Assembly: GCA_016212935.1 (NCBI GenBank) | Contig: JACRDE010000622.1 | Coordinates: forward strand, 1-51,081 | DNA from: Desulfomonile tiedjei | Lineage (GTDB): Bacteria; Desulfobacterota; Desulfomonilia; Desulfomonilales; Desulfomonilaceae | Reading direction: 5' to 3' | DNA length: 51,081 bases | Part shown: positions 26,045 to 36,524 of the stretch, in pieces | Numbering within the stretch: position 1 is the stretch's first letter | Layout: each line of letters opens with the position of its first letter | Position numbers and translations under genes: made by a program | Notes under the pieces: generated by a model | Database searches by the model: none | What the model saw: only the letters and a program-made list of their open reading frames with translations | Told to the model about the DNA's origin: nothing

Positions 26045-29000
26045 TTATCTTTCTCGCCATCCCCTGAACTGAACGGGCTTTTCCGTCCCGGGGTCGACAG
26101 GAGTGCTAATGAGCCTGCCGTCACTCATCTGGACGATGATTCTCTCACCGCGAGAATCAATGACGGGTCTACTGGGAACTCCTGCTCCCAGATTCAATTG
26201 AAACGCTGTGGGATTAATGGTGCCTCCCGACGCGCTCGGAATAACCATGACATCGGTATCGCCGGGAAAAGGATTGTAATCCTTAGGGAACGGCTGACAC
26301 ATATAGTCGAATACGTACAAGTAACCCCTACCAGTGAACTCGCAAGCATCGAACGGGGGCACAAATGTGGTCACAAAGACCATGCCTGCGAAGATCAAAG
26401 GCTTGCCTAAAACACGTTCCCCGGGTTTGCCCAAGGCCACACCATCCTTGGCGTCAATCGGTGAAACGCATCCGTCGCTACCTGAGTCGCACGGATTCCG
26501 GAAATCATAGATGCAGTGGTAACACGGAGAGCTAGTGCACGAACTCTGGCAGCAGTCTCCTCTGTACAGCCCAATGAGCGGGCTGTTTACATCCGTCTCC
26601 TTTTGACTTCCTCCCCAATCGCAAGGATAGGCCGCGTCGCCTTCCGACAGGAAGCCGGTGACAGTAGAGGGTAATCCGCACTTCGGTGTGATTTTGACCT
26701 TGAAATTGGTCAGATGAGAAGCATCGAAAACCTCACGCGCTGAAGAGTCGATGATGGGCAACCCATAGTTTACGCCGCTGATAGTATTGATGATCGGGTC
26801 CCTCAAGTTGTACAGCGCCATCTTGGATGTATCAGTCTTGTCGTCGTCACCATAGATTACGTCATCGTACTTTCCTGTGCCGAAAACAATCCTGAGAGCC
26901 GGGCTGGCACTGGAAGCTGCGCGTGCGGGAAGAGCCTCAAGGCTGGCAGCAGGCGCAATCGTAATGGGCTGCAGCGCTGACCTGTAGTCGTTGCTAGCTT
27001 GGTCCGTAAGGCTAGTAGGTTTAGTGGGCCAGACATTTACTTCCACTCCAAAACTGTTGTTGGTTGTGGAATCGTCCGGGAAGTGCTCCGCAAGGTTGAA
27101 TTTAATCCCATAGAAATACCCGTTCATATCTCCCACGTACACCCGGTCAATAAAGCCATCGTCACCTATGACGTGGTTGGTCTGATCCCACACGTCGAGG
27201 GCAAGGACATCCGACATGGCGTACGGAATCATGTTGCCCCCCACAGGTTGGCTGGGGAATGTAGTGGAATTGTAGTTCAAGACGATTGGCCACACGTACT
27301 CAAACAGATTGTAGCCCGTCTCAATATCGATCATCAACAAATTCGGCCAGAATAAGGGCAGCTTGAAACGGTCCTCGATGGCCGGGGTGGAGTTGAAACT
27401 CTTGTCGTAGATGTGTATTCCGCCTCCCATGAAGACCACTTCGCGATTGTTGTTGAGTGAGTTGAACTGTAACAAATTACTCGGAAGCTTGGTCGTCGCG
27501 TCCGGGTCGCCGTAGTAGAACTTGACACTGGTGGGTATGTGAATGCGACCCATATAAGGCTGGGACCAGGACATCGGAAGGGTCTTGATGCTCTCATACG
27601 CTGATCTGAATGGCACGTAAGCCTTGTAAGTAGCGCTGGCGCATGTGGTTGCGCAGTTGCTCTCGCAGGTTGTCTGACAAGTGGTTTGTGCAGGCCCGCA
27701 CAAATTCTTGCAGTAAGTTTTGCTCTTGCCGGTAGCACGACAGGCATTGTAGCAGGTGTTGTAATTGTTTGTACACGTAGTTGTGCAGGCGTCTTTACAG
27801 GCCTGCAAACAGGTGTCAACGTCTGATTCAACTACCACCCTGTTCTTGAGCACAGAATACTCCCAAAGCACCTTGGGGCCTGAGTTGGGATCAGATGCCA
27901 CGGGGACTGGATTGGTAACGTCGATTGCGAAGTACACGTCACCTCCCGCTCGCTCGCCGCCGATAATCACGCTGCGCCAGCATCTTCCCTGTGCATCCGC
28001 TTTGCTGCCGCAATAGTCGGACTTTATGTAGACCTCCCAATGCCTTGCAGCGAGATCGACCATTGTTCTGTGCGTACATGGGCTGGAACCTGTCCTCGTG
28101 CCGTACGCCAAGGCTTTCAGAGCCTTCAGTTCCGTGAGGAGGTTGCTGGGAATGTAAGACCATAGCTCTCTACCTATGTCGGAATCGTCGGCTGGCTTCT
28201 GCGCCCATGTCAGACCGTCAGTGGTCGTTCCCATGAGGAACGCATGCAGCATTCCGTCGTTGGCGCCCACGTAAACGACCTTGGATCGTTTGAATTGATC
28301 GTCCAAATACTTCTGATATGTGTTGATGTTGGGGTCGCGTTTGGAAACATTTCCCAGCCTGGGCGGGCCTATGACTACCGGCGTGGAATATACTATATCG
28401 CCGAGAATCCATCCTGACCTGTCTCTGTAGCCAGTGATGGGATCACCTCTCACCCATGTGATTATATTGTCTCGCTCAGCGGTGGTTGTAACGCCGAGAT
28501 CAGAAATGGTGAGATTTCCCGACTCGAAAGTTTTCTGCACATACTTGTTCGCAGTAGAATCGAACAGCCACGTGTAAATCAGCCTGGCACTGGGCGTCAC
28601 CGGAATCTTTGCCTTGAGGATCTCGCCGGCATCCCAGCAATGCCTGGTGCCTGATGGTTGACCTATGCACAACCCTGCGAGATCCGGATCGGAAGGCGTG
28701 TAGAAACTTGCAAGTTCGAAATCGTAATACACTGTCCCGTCCTGAGTGAACGGGAAGTAAGCCTCCAGGTGGCCTTTCCAGAGGAAATCATCAGGGTGGT
28801 CAGGGTCAGAGGCCTCGAACACGCCTCGGACTATAACGTCTTCGGACCGCATTTCCTGAGAAACCGTTGCCACCGCACTGGCCGCTGCCGTTCCGGTGGT
28901 CACTGCCTGCATAACCTTGGACAACGAATCTTCGAGCTGTTTTCCATCGTCTGCCTGGAAGAAGTTGTCCGGAATTCCCTTCGATTCATCTACGCCGTCC

Positions 29001-31195
29001 TTGTCACGGTCCCATGTGGCGTTCCACTCATTGCAGCACTTGACGCAGAAGCAAGACCCCCCACACGCTGAAGCGCAATTCGAGTTAGCTGGATTACAGG
29101 CGCCGCGAGGCCATGAAAAATCCAGACTGCTCCCGGAGGGAAGGTCGCTTTCCGGATAAGGATAGCTTGCGCTGCTTCCGCAGCCAGTGATGTGTTTGAA
29201 CCCTCCATACATAGCAATGGCCTTCATGGAATTCTGCCCTCGCAGACTCTGGGAGAAGGCGAAAATGGAAAAAACATCTACTGTCTGGCTATCGGCAACA
29301 TCCGATCTCAAGTCGTTGACGTGCATTGGCTGGGCTGCATCCGTAGGATCAACGGAGCCATTCCAATCACCGTCCGACATCAGTATCACAAAACTCTTAC
29401 GGCAAGGCACGCTTACATTGGCACCCGCGGCATTGCTCGTGTAGTAAGGATCCCTCGCAGTCCCCTTTGTGGGCGGTGTGCCCGTCCCTACAAAGGAAGA
29501 GTTGTCCGCGTTGCTGGAGCCGCTTGATTGAGCGAAGTAGTCACGGGCCTCTTGCAAGGCCTCACCGGTGGGAGTGCCGTTATAAGGGAATATGTTTCTG
29601 AAATCAATGCCTTGAGGATGGTCTGATCTGTAAGTCCCTTCAAAAGCATTAATCAAGAGGCTCTTGTCGGTGTTATCGCAGCCCACTGCAATCTTGCCGA
29701 CCTTCCCTGACGTGGCGTTATAGTACTCGAACCCGAATCGCACATATGGGAAGGACTTCTGGATAACAGCGTTTCTGGAATCCTTGTTCCCGCTCGCGTC
29801 GTGTTCCAGTCTGAGCCTCGTTCTGCCCCAAGGCAGCGCCCCGATTTTTGTCAGGACTTGTCCGTTATGCGCAAAGGCGCCTACTATAAAAGGTTTAAGG
29901 TTCACGGTTGACGTGAGCGAGTAACTGACTTGATACGCCGGATCGAGGGATTGGGTGGAATGCGTGGCCCTCACATAGTACGTTCCTGCGTCGAGCTCCG
30001 TGCTGATGGACGCTGGATTGGCCTGACTCGATTTGATCTGAGCGCCGTTGTTGTCACCATTGTTTATAAGCGGGCTAGTGTAAATGGACAGGTAATCGTT
30101 CCCCGGCCAAGTGCCGTCTAAAGTCATTTCTATTTTGGTTTTTTTGTCCAAAGTGAACGACCACAATTCGAAGTACTTTCCGTAATAGACCGGATGACTG
30201 GCACTCAACTGGCCCGAGTATCTGCCTTTGATAGTGACGAAAATGTCCCTGAGGTGGTCGCTGTCATCATGATAGTACGCTGAACCTGTATTGTAATCGT
30301 CAGGATAAGTGGTGCTGGATTCAATGGTGGCCGGCCTGACGTAAAAATCGGCATTAAGGTAGGTGTTGTCCTGGACTCGTCTTCTTGAGCCCTGTGGCCT
30401 CAAGTAGCAGTAATCGTCGCCAGTGGGACATATCGAGCGGCCGCCTATAAGGGCCTTGAGCGCCGCGTCGACCCTGGATGTAACAGCGAAATTGAGCACG
30501 TTTCCGCTTACCCCAGGGACACTGCCGCTTGCGTTCGGAATCAGCGAACCTTCGACTCTCTTCAAGGCCTTTCCTGCGGTATCAGGTTTGCCGTTCCATT
30601 TTAGCGCGTTCTGTGTCGTTGCCTGAAGCGTGAAGGTGCCTCCGGAGACCGCTGTCACAGGGAAGGCGTTATAGTTGAGTCCCAGATGGCTGGTCAAATC
30701 GTAAAGAGCCACGAGATCGCCGACCTGGAAGGTGTGGCCTGCAGCCGTGAAGATTATCTTGTTGCCTCCACCTCCATCCGCGCTGTTCGTTATGGCGTAT
30801 TCATTTACTGGCTGGGTAGCGACCAGCTTGAAAAAGTCCTGTGTGGTTCCGGAGTCAGGGGTCGGAACATATTCGTAGTATTTGTCGGGTTCGAACGTGC
30901 CGTAATACGAATACCTGGGCTCGTAGGTCTTGAAGATGTTATCCCTGTGGCAATCAGCTACGTCGTTGCCGTAGTATCCGTCAAAAGCTTCGTCGAAATA
31001 CGCCGGGAACTGCATGCTCCCGGAATAGTCCATGACAATGAAGACGTTGGGTCGGCTCGCGGAACCCACCACAGGGGGAATGTTGCAGGGCTGATATGCT
31101 GCGGACATAACCTCGCCAGCAAAGACTAAGCCCAAAAAAGAGAAGAGAACCAGAATAGTTGCTACCTTGGCGGACTTGATTCTGCTATTGAACAT
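26045..31195 (-). CDS. pilY1: PilY1/PilC-family type IV pilus tip adhesin
   Basis: Signal peptide; vWA MIDAS 'MDYSGSM...GTPT...MSDG'; beta-propeller motifs 'LGDIVYSTP', 'VYVGANDGMLHAF', 'ELWSYIP', 'DRVYVGDMNG', 'VFGTG'; ends 'GWRER'. Confidence 0.88.
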   Translation of the reverse strand: MFNSRIKSAKVATILVLFSFLGLVFAGEVMSAAYQPCNIPPVVGSASRPNVFIVMDYSGSMQFPAYFDEAFDGYYGNDVADCHRDNIFKTYEPRYSYYGTFEPDKYYEYVPTPDSGTTQDFFKLVATQPVNEYAITNSADGGGGNKIIFTAAGHTFQVGDLVALYDLTSHLGLNYNAFPVTAVSGGTFTLQATTQNALKWNGKPDTAGKALKRVEGSLIPNASGSVPGVSGNVLNFAVTSRVDAALKALIGGRSICPTGDDYCYLRPQGSRRRVQDNTYLNADFYVRPATIESSTTYPDDYNTGSAYYHDDSDHLRDIFVTIKGRYSGQLSASHPVYYGKYFELWSFTLDKKTKIEMTLDGTWPGNDYLSIYTSPLINNGDNNGAQIKSSQANPASISTELDAGTYYVRATHSTQSLDPAYQVSYSLTSTVNLKPFIVGAFAHNGQVLTKIGALPWGRTRLRLEHDASGNKDSRNAVIQKSFPYVRFGFEYYNATSGKVGKIAVGCDNTDKSLLINAFEGTYRSDHPQGIDFRNIFPYNGTPTGEALQEARDYFAQSSGSSNADNSSFVGTGTPPTKGTARDPYYTSNAAGANVSVPCRKSFVILMSDGDWNGSVDPTDAAQPMHVNDLRSDVADSQTVDVFSIFAFSQSLRGQNSMKAIAMYGGFKHITGCGSSASYPYPESDLPSGSSLDFSWPRGACNPANSNCASACGGSCFCVKCCNEWNATWDRDKDGVDESKGIPDNFFQADDGKQLEDSLSKVMQAVTTGTAAASAVATVSQEMRSEDVIVRGVFEASDPDHPDDFLWKGHLEAYFPFTQDGTVYYDFELASFYTPSDPDLAGLCIGQPSGTRHCWDAGEILKAKIPVTPSARLIYTWLFDSTANKYVQKTFESGNLTISDLGVTTTAERDNIITWVRGDPITGYRDRSGWILGDIVYSTPVVIGPPRLGNVSKRDPNINTYQKYLDDQFKRSKVVYVGANDGMLHAFLMGTTTDGLTWAQKPADDSDIGRELWSYIPSNLLTELKALKALAYGTRTGSSPCTHRTMVDLAARHWEVYIKSDYCGSKADAQGRCWRSVIIGGERAGGDVYFAIDVTNPVPVASDPNSGPKVLWEYSVLKNRVVVESDVDTCLQACKDACTTTCTNNYNTCYNACRATGKSKTYCKNLCGPAQTTCQTTCESNCATTCASATYKAYVPFRSAYESIKTLPMSWSQPYMGRIHIPTSVKFYYGDPDATTKLPSNLLQFNSLNNNREVVFMGGGIHIYDKSFNSTPAIEDRFKLPLFWPNLLMIDIETGYNLFEYVWPIVLNYNSTTFPSQPVGGNMIPYAMSDVLALDVWDQTNHVIGDDGFIDRVYVGDMNGYFYGIKFNLAEHFPDDSTTNNSFGVEVNVWPTKPTSLTDQASNDYRSALQPITIAPAASLEALPARAASSASPALRIVFGTGKYDDVIYGDDDKTDTSKMALYNLRDPIINTISGVNYGLPIIDSSAREVFDASHLTNFKVKITPKCGLPSTVTGFLSEGDAAYPCDWGGSQKETDVNSPLIGLYRGDCCQSSCTSSPCYHCIYDFRNPCDSGSDGCVSPIDAKDGVALGKPGERVLGKPLIFAGMVFVTTFVPPFDACEFTGRGYLYVFDYMCQPFPKDYNPFPGDTDVMVIPSASGGTINPTAFQLNLGAGVPSRPVIDSRGERIIVQMSDGRLISTPVDPGTEKPVQFRGWRER

Positions 31196-31658
31196 TGCTC
31201 TTCTCCTTCTTTTCCAGAACGAAAACTATAGCGGTGTCCTTTTTACGGCATACGTATATCTTTGCCTTAGGTGGAATTTCGCTAAACGAGATGGTTTGGT
31301 CTTGATAGTCCTTTACAAGAATCTTTTTGCCACTGAGATCTATCACAGTGTTTTTCTTCCGCCCGAGAAAAACCGTTATAGAAGCCTGGCCGACTTCGAC
31401 CACCTCAGATGGGCCGTCAATGGAATATCCCTCTTTAGCAAGCTTCTTAACGGACCGACCAATGTAACTCAGGTCCTGCTTTTCCAGTTGGCTGCTTGTG
31501 GGTGGGGAACTGGGGGCTACTCCAGGCTCTCCGGATGGGTTCAGTGCAGAGGCCCATGCCATAGTGGTCCAAACACCTCCGAGCATGCACACGGCTGAAA
31601 GGACCGTAAAGCCGATGATGATGCAGCGGATCAAATTTCGTTGTTTATTCATGCTCAT
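31185..31658 (-). CDS. Small exported protein translationally coupled to pilY1
   Basis: AAGGAGG 7 nt before ATG 31658; N-terminal hydrophobic segment; 11-nt overlap with pilY1 start. Confidence 0.7.
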   Translation of the reverse strand: MSMNKQRNLIRCIIIGFTVLSAVCMLGGVWTTMAWASALNPSGEPGVAPSSPPTSSQLEKQDLSYIGRSVKKLAKEGYSIDGPSEVVEVGQASITVFLGRKKNTVIDLSGKKILVKDYQDQTISFSEIPPKAKIYVCRKKDTAIVFVLEKKEKSNVQ

Positions 31659-32187
31659 AAACATTCCTCCTTAGACGGCAGCAGGCTTCTCACACAGCTC
31701 TGCCGTTCAACTGCACGAAACATGAGTTGACACAGAGCCTCTCCGCAGCTAGTCTGTTTAATGCTCTAACCCGGGATTAACCGGAGCTTGTGGATTCCCA
31801 CCAAACAAGTTATGAAGCGGGTTTCCCCCTTGTTGGGCGGCAACGGCGACACTTGTTAGCGGAATCGTGCAATTTTCATACCTCGCCTGCCATCTCCTTT
31901 TGCGAGTGGCATGTCTTGAAATCCCGCTGCTTCTTGAGAAAGGGGCAAGGATCAATATCTGACTTTTTTTGTCATGCCGAGCCCCAATAAACGATAACTA
32001 TCTGTTATTGGATAGTAAAGTCGGTATTTTGTGGTAAAACGGACTGTAAACCAAGTGGACGGCTATTAAAAAGATTTATATTCGTACCAACTGATATCGA
32101 TTCGTCATAAAGTGCATATCTTCGCTGGCGAGGCGGCATGCCCTCTTCGGTTCGGACACACCACCTGCTTTATGCAACGAGCCGCGA

Positions 32188-32296
32188 ATACAATTCGCTT
32201 TTCAACCCAAATTGAGCGATTTTTTGGAGAAATTTGCGGGGAACTTCTTTCAAGAAGTTCCTCTCCGATTCTTTCTTGTTTGAATGCGAACTGGTA
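32188..32296. mobile_element. MITE copy upstream of the trp promoter
   Basis: Left 'ATACAATTCGCTTTTCAA', hairpin GGAACTTCTT-TC-AAGAAGTTCC, right 'TTTGAATGCGAACTGGTA' then TCA. Confidence 0.6.
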
Positions 32297-32333
32297 TCAG
32301 AAGCAGCGGATCCTTAACTTTTTGAGAAAGTTG

Positions 32334-32362
32334 TTGACAAAATTCTGCTCATGCCTTAGGCT
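32334..32362 (+). promoter_or_regulatory. sigma70 promoter of the trp operon
   Basis: TTGACA (32334-32339), 17 nt, TAGGCT (32357-32362), about 20 nt before the leader ATG. Confidence 0.6.
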
Positions 32363-32382
32363 CGCACTCAAGGTGGAACTCC

Positions 32383-32457
32383 ATGATTCCGATATGCAAC
32401 CTTAACAATTGGTGGTGGCGCTGGAATATAAAACACTGGAGGTCTGCCTGCGCTTAG
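32383..32457 (+). CDS. trpL: trp operon leader peptide
   Basis: MIPICNLNNWWWRWNIKHWRSACA*, 5 Trp codons, AAGGTGG RBS-like, directly upstream of trpE. Confidence 0.88.
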   Translation: MIPICNLNNWWWRWNIKHWRSACA

Positions 32458-32499
32458 CACCGGAATAATAACATCCTGAAATAAAGTTTCCGAACCGAA

Positions 32500-32532
32500 A
32501 AAAGGCCATGGGCAGACAACCCGTGGCCTTTT
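32500..32532 (+). terminator. trp attenuator terminator
   Basis: AAAAGGCCATGGG-CAGACAA-CCCGTGGCCTTTT; GTCTGCCT (32442-32449) can pair with GGGCAGAC (32510-32517) as antiterminator. Confidence 0.85.
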
Positions 32533-32584
32533 CGCGTTTATGGACCGAAATCCCAGGACAACGACCTCGAAAGGCCAGGAAAAC

Positions 32585-34075
32585 ATGATTAGACCCGATT
32601 ATACGGACTTCGAACGACTCAGCTCTCAGGGGAATCTTATCCCCATGTTCGTGGACATACCCGGCGATCTGAACACGCCGGTATCCGCCTTCATGAAAAT
32701 AGACGACGGACAGACTTCCTTCCTTCTTGAAAGCGTGGAGGGCGGCGAGCGATGGGCAAGGTATTCCTGTCTGGGCTCTGAGCCGCGGATGGTAATCAGG
32801 TCAAGGAACGGCCGGAACGAAATCGTCGAGAACGGCCAAGTGACTGATTCAGGATTGCCGGGAGATCCAACACTGACAATAAAGGAGCTTTTGAGTAGAT
32901 TCCGGCCGGTAGGTATTCCGGGACTTCCGGACTTTTTCGGTGGGGCAGTGGGGTTCCTGGGATACGATGTGGTCAGGCACTTCGAGAACATTCCGGACAT
33001 GGGTAAACCTGATCCGGGATTCTATGACGCGGTCTTCATGATCACCCGCGATATGGTCATGTTCGACAACTTTGCCCACAGAATCTTTCTGATTACTACA
33101 ATAAGCCCCGAGGAATACCCCTCAGTCAAGGCGGCCTATTCTGAAGGAGTGAATAGGCTGCGTAAGCTTCAAGACCGACTGGACGGACCATTGCCGGCGT
33201 CCGTACGCGCAAAACCATCCTCCAACGGCCAAGTCTTCGAGTCAAACATGTCGGAGAGCAAATTCCAGGAAATGGTGCTCCATGCCAAGAGCCACATAAG
33301 GGCCGGGGACATCATTCAAGTGGTGCTGTCGCAGAGATTTCAGGGAGAAATAGGCTGCGACGGTCTGGACGTGTACAGAGGTCTGCGAATGATCAATCCC
33401 TCACCTTACATGTTCTTCCTGAGATTGGGAGACGAAGTCCTGGCTGGTTCGTCCCCGGAAGTTATGGTTCGACTCAGGAGAGACGAGGCAGTGGTCCGCC
33501 CTATAGCGGGGACGCGGCCCAGGGGAGATACCCCGGAGAGAGACAGCGAACTGGAACAGGAACTCCTCAATGACACCAAAGAATTGGCCGAGCACGTGAT
33601 GCTGGTGGACCTTGCCAGGAACGACCTGGGGCGAATAGCCCAGCCTGGCAGCGTACTCGTGGATGAGTTCAAAATCGTGGAACGGTATTCACACGTAATG
33701 CACATGGTCAGCAACGTGAGGGCCACGATCGCAGAGGGGTTCGACGCGTTCGACGTGCTCCGGGCAACGTTTCCTGCTGGAACCCTTTCAGGTGCACCGA
33801 AGATTCGGGCCATGGAAATCATCGAAGACCTGGAACCGGACCATAGAGGTCCATACGGCGGATGTGTCGGATACTTCTCGTATTCCGGGTCCATGGATAT
33901 GGGAATAACCATACGAACAGTGATGATGAAAGGAACTAGAGCCTATTTTCAGGCGGGTGCGGGCATTGTGGCCGATTCCGTCCCGGAAATGGAATACAGA
34001 GAAACCCTGAAGAAAGCCGAAGCTATGAAAAAGGCACTGAAAACAGCGGCAAACCTAAACGGGAGGCTCAAATGA
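32585..34075 (+). CDS. trpE: Anthranilate synthase component I
   Basis: '[16 protein letters not shown]', 'NPSPYMF', 'SSPE', 'PIAGT', '[12 protein letters not shown]', 'GAPKIRAM'. Confidence 0.96.
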   Translation: MIRPDYTDFERLSSQGNLIPMFVDIPGDLNTPVSAFMKIDDGQTSFLLESVEGGERWARYSCLGSEPRMVIRSRNGRNEIVENGQVTDSGLPGDPTLTIKELLSRFRPVGIPGLPDFFGGAVGFLGYDVVRHFENIPDMGKPDPGFYDAVFMITRDMVMFDNFAHRIFLITTISPEEYPSVKAAYSEGVNRLRKLQDRLDGPLPASVRAKPSSNGQVFESNMSESKFQEMVLHAKSHIRAGDIIQVVLSQRFQGEIGCDGLDVYRGLRMINPSPYMFFLRLGDEVLAGSSPEVMVRLRRDEAVVRPIAGTRPRGDTPERDSELEQELLNDTKELAEHVMLVDLARNDLGRIAQPGSVLVDEFKIVERYSHVMHMVSNVRATIAEGFDAFDVLRATFPAGTLSGAPKIRAMEIIEDLEPDHRGPYGGCVGYFSYSGSMDMGITIRTVMMKGTRAYFQAGAGIVADSVPEMEYRETLKKAEAMKKALKTAANLNGRLK

Positions 34076-34677
34076 TCCTGGTAATAGACAATTACGATTC
34101 GTTCACGTTCAATCTCGTTCAATATTTTCAAGAGCTTGGACAACAGGTGCTAGTCATAAGAAATGATCGCATCTCTGTAGATGAGATAGTCGGGCTGAAT
34201 CCCGACGCGATCGTGATTTCTCCAGGTCCCGGAGGACCCGAAGACGCGGGTGTTTCCATGCAGACCATTCTGAGCCTCGGCGACCGTATTCCGATACTCG
34301 GGGTTTGTCTTGGTCATCAGGCCATTGCCGCGGCTTTCGGCGGCAAGGTTGTCCGAGCGGGTCGGCTCATGCACGGGAAGACCTCGCCCATCTTCACGAA
34401 CGGCAGCGGCATCTTCGCAGGCATGGAGATTCCTTTTCAGGCATGCCGATACCACAGCCTGATAGTGGACTTGGGTAGCCTACCCGAATGCCTTGAGGTC
34501 ACCGCTTGTACGGACGAGGAAGAGATAATGGGAATTAGGCACAAGGATTTGCCCATTGAAGGAGTCCAGTTTCATCCGGAATCCATTCTTACGCCGGAAG
34601 GAAAACGCATTCTCATGAACTTTCTGGACATGACCAGAGATTTCCATCAGGCCAAAGAAACCATATCCGCCAACTGA
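34072..34677 (+). CDS. trpG: Anthranilate synthase component II (glutamine amidotransferase)
   Basis: 'IDNYDSFT', 'SPGPG', 'GVCLGHQ', 'QFHPES'. Confidence 0.95.
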   Translation: MILVIDNYDSFTFNLVQYFQELGQQVLVIRNDRISVDEIVGLNPDAIVISPGPGGPEDAGVSMQTILSLGDRIPILGVCLGHQAIAAAFGGKVVRAGRLMHGKTSPIFTNGSGIFAGMEIPFQACRYHSLIVDLGSLPECLEVTACTDEEEIMGIRHKDLPIEGVQFHPESILTPEGKRILMNFLDMTRDFHQAKETISAN

Positions 34678-34728
34678 GTTACCCGAGGAAGCTCCTCGTG
34701 GCCAAGAAATACCATTGGAGGCAAGAAA

Positions 34729-35745
34729 ATGCTTAAGGAAGCCATCAAGAAAGCCACTTCCAGACAAAACCTGACTCAGGCGGAATCCGAAGCCGCAATG
34801 AAAGAGATAATGGACGGCAGGGCCACAGGCGCTCAGATAGGATGCTATCTCACGGCCTTGAAAATGAAAGGCGAAACCGTGCAAGAAATCACCGGCGCGG
34901 CAAAGGTCATGCGGAGCAAAGCGCTCCAGGTGAACCTGGGCCACAACGGAGCCCCTCTTATCGACACGTGCGGTACCGGAGGAGACGGGGCAGGGACATT
35001 CAATATTTCCACAACCGTGGCCTTCATTCTTGCCGGAGCCGGCGTGCGGGTGGCCAAGCACGGCAACCGGTCCGTATCAAGCTCATGCGGTAGCGCTGAC
35101 GTGCTCAGGGAATTGGGCGCAAACCTGGAACAGACCCCTGAAGCAGTTGGACAATGCATCAGGGAAACTGGATTCGGCTTTCTGTTTGCGCCAATGTTCC
35201 ACGTAGCCATGAAGCATGCGGCAGGTCCCAGACAAGAGATGGGAATCCGCACTCTGTTTAACGTCTTGGGACCGCTGACCAACCCGGCTGGAGCCTCCTG
35301 CCAGTTACTTGGGGTTTACGACTCCGATTTGACCGAACCCATTGCATGTGCTCTTCAGGGGCTCGGGATAAGATCTGCAATGGTGGTGCACGGCATGGAC
35401 GGACTCGACGAGATTTCTTTGTCCTCGCCCACAAAAATCTCCCGGCTGAGTGGCGACACCGTTTCCACGAGCTATTTCGACCCAGGTGAAGTTGGAATGG
35501 CAAAATGCGATCTGCAAGCGGTGAAAGGAGGCACGGCAAAAGAAAACGCAGCTCATCTCCTGCATGTGCTCGAAGGTAAGCCTGGGCCCAGGAGAGACAT
35601 AGCACTGGTCAACGCAGCCGCGGCTCTTATGGTGGCGGATAGAGTGGAAGATATGACTGGCGGACTTCAGCTCGCAGCAGAATCCGTGGATTCAGGCGCT
35701 GCCAGGCAGAAGCTCGGCGAATTCCTTAGCTTTCGGGGCGCGTGA
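34729..35745 (+). CDS. trpD: Anthranilate phosphoribosyltransferase
   Basis: 'DTCGTGGDG', 'KHGNRSVSS', 'GLDE'. Confidence 0.96.
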   Translation: MLKEAIKKATSRQNLTQAESEAAMKEIMDGRATGAQIGCYLTALKMKGETVQEITGAAKVMRSKALQVNLGHNGAPLIDTCGTGGDGAGTFNISTTVAFILAGAGVRVAKHGNRSVSSSCGSADVLRELGANLEQTPEAVGQCIRETGFGFLFAPMFHVAMKHAAGPRQEMGIRTLFNVLGPLTNPAGASCQLLGVYDSDLTEPIACALQGLGIRSAMVVHGMDGLDEISLSSPTKISRLSGDTVSTSYFDPGEVGMAKCDLQAVKGGTAKENAAHLLHVLEGKPGPRRDIALVNAAAALMVADRVEDMTGGLQLAAESVDSGAARQKLGEFLSFRGA

Positions 35746-36524
35746 TGGGTGGAATCCTAGAAAAAATAGCGAAGGTCCGCCTGCAACGATTGGCCCTGGA
35801 AAAGCTTGCCGTGTGCCACGCCGCGATAGAAGAGAAGGCCTGCAACGCCCTGCCTGCTCATGATTTTTCCGCCGCTTTTTCCGGACCCGGCATTCACGTT
35901 ATAGCCGAGATCAAGAAGGCGTCTCCCTCCAAGGGAATTCTGAAAGCGGATCTGGACCCGGTCGCGATGGCACGATCGTACGAACAGGGTGGAGCATCGG
36001 CTGTTTCAGTCCTGACAGAAGAAGACCATTTTCAGGGAAGCATTTCTGTTCTGGGGGAAGTCAGAGGCGCCGCGTCGCTGCCCATACTTCGCAAGGACTT
36101 TATCCTGGACCCTTATCAGGTTCTGGAAGCAAGAGCCGCTGGCGCGGATTCGTTCCTGTTGATAGCCGGGCTGCTTGATCTCAGTGACTTGCGTATGCTG
36201 ACGCAGCTGGGCCGCGATTACGGAATGGAGCCTCTTGTGGAAGTTCACGACGAGCCTCAATTGAAAACTGCTTTGGATGCAGGCGCAAAGTTGATCGGGA
36301 TCAACAACCGGGATTTGAAGACGTTTCACACGGACCTGAATGTCTCGACACGCCTTGCAAAACTGATCCCCAACGATCGTATCATCGTTTCCGAGAGCGG
36401 GATAAAAAATCGTGCAGACATACTTCACCTGGCGGACCATGGAGTCCGGGGATTCTTGATCGGAGAAAGTCTCGTGATCTCCGATGACCCGGTGGCAAAG
36501 CTGCAGGAGCTGATTCATGGCTGA
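35745..36524 (+). CDS. trpC: Indole-3-glycerol phosphate synthase
   Basis: 'IAEIKKASPSKG', 'LRKDF', 'GINNRDL', 'SESG'; start GTG 35742 or ATG 35745. Confidence 0.95.
   Translation: MGGILEKIAKVRLQRLALEKLAVCHAAIEEKACNALPAHDFSAAFSGPGIHVIAEIKKASPSKGILKADLDPVAMARSYEQGGASAVSVLTEEDHFQGSISVLGEVRGAASLPILRKDFILDPYQVLEARAAGADSFLLIAGLLDLSDLRMLTQLGRDYGMEPLVEVHDEPQLKTALDAGAKLIGINNRDLKTFHTDLNVSTRLAKLIPNDRIIVSESGIKNRADILHLADHGVRGFLIGESLVISDDPVAKLQELIHG

Noticed and set aside
31665-32100. c-di-GMP (GEMM) riboswitch or sigma54 promoter for pilY1
   Set aside because: No GGCAAAC..GAAA..GACGCAAA motif; TGGC/TTGC candidates have wrong spacing
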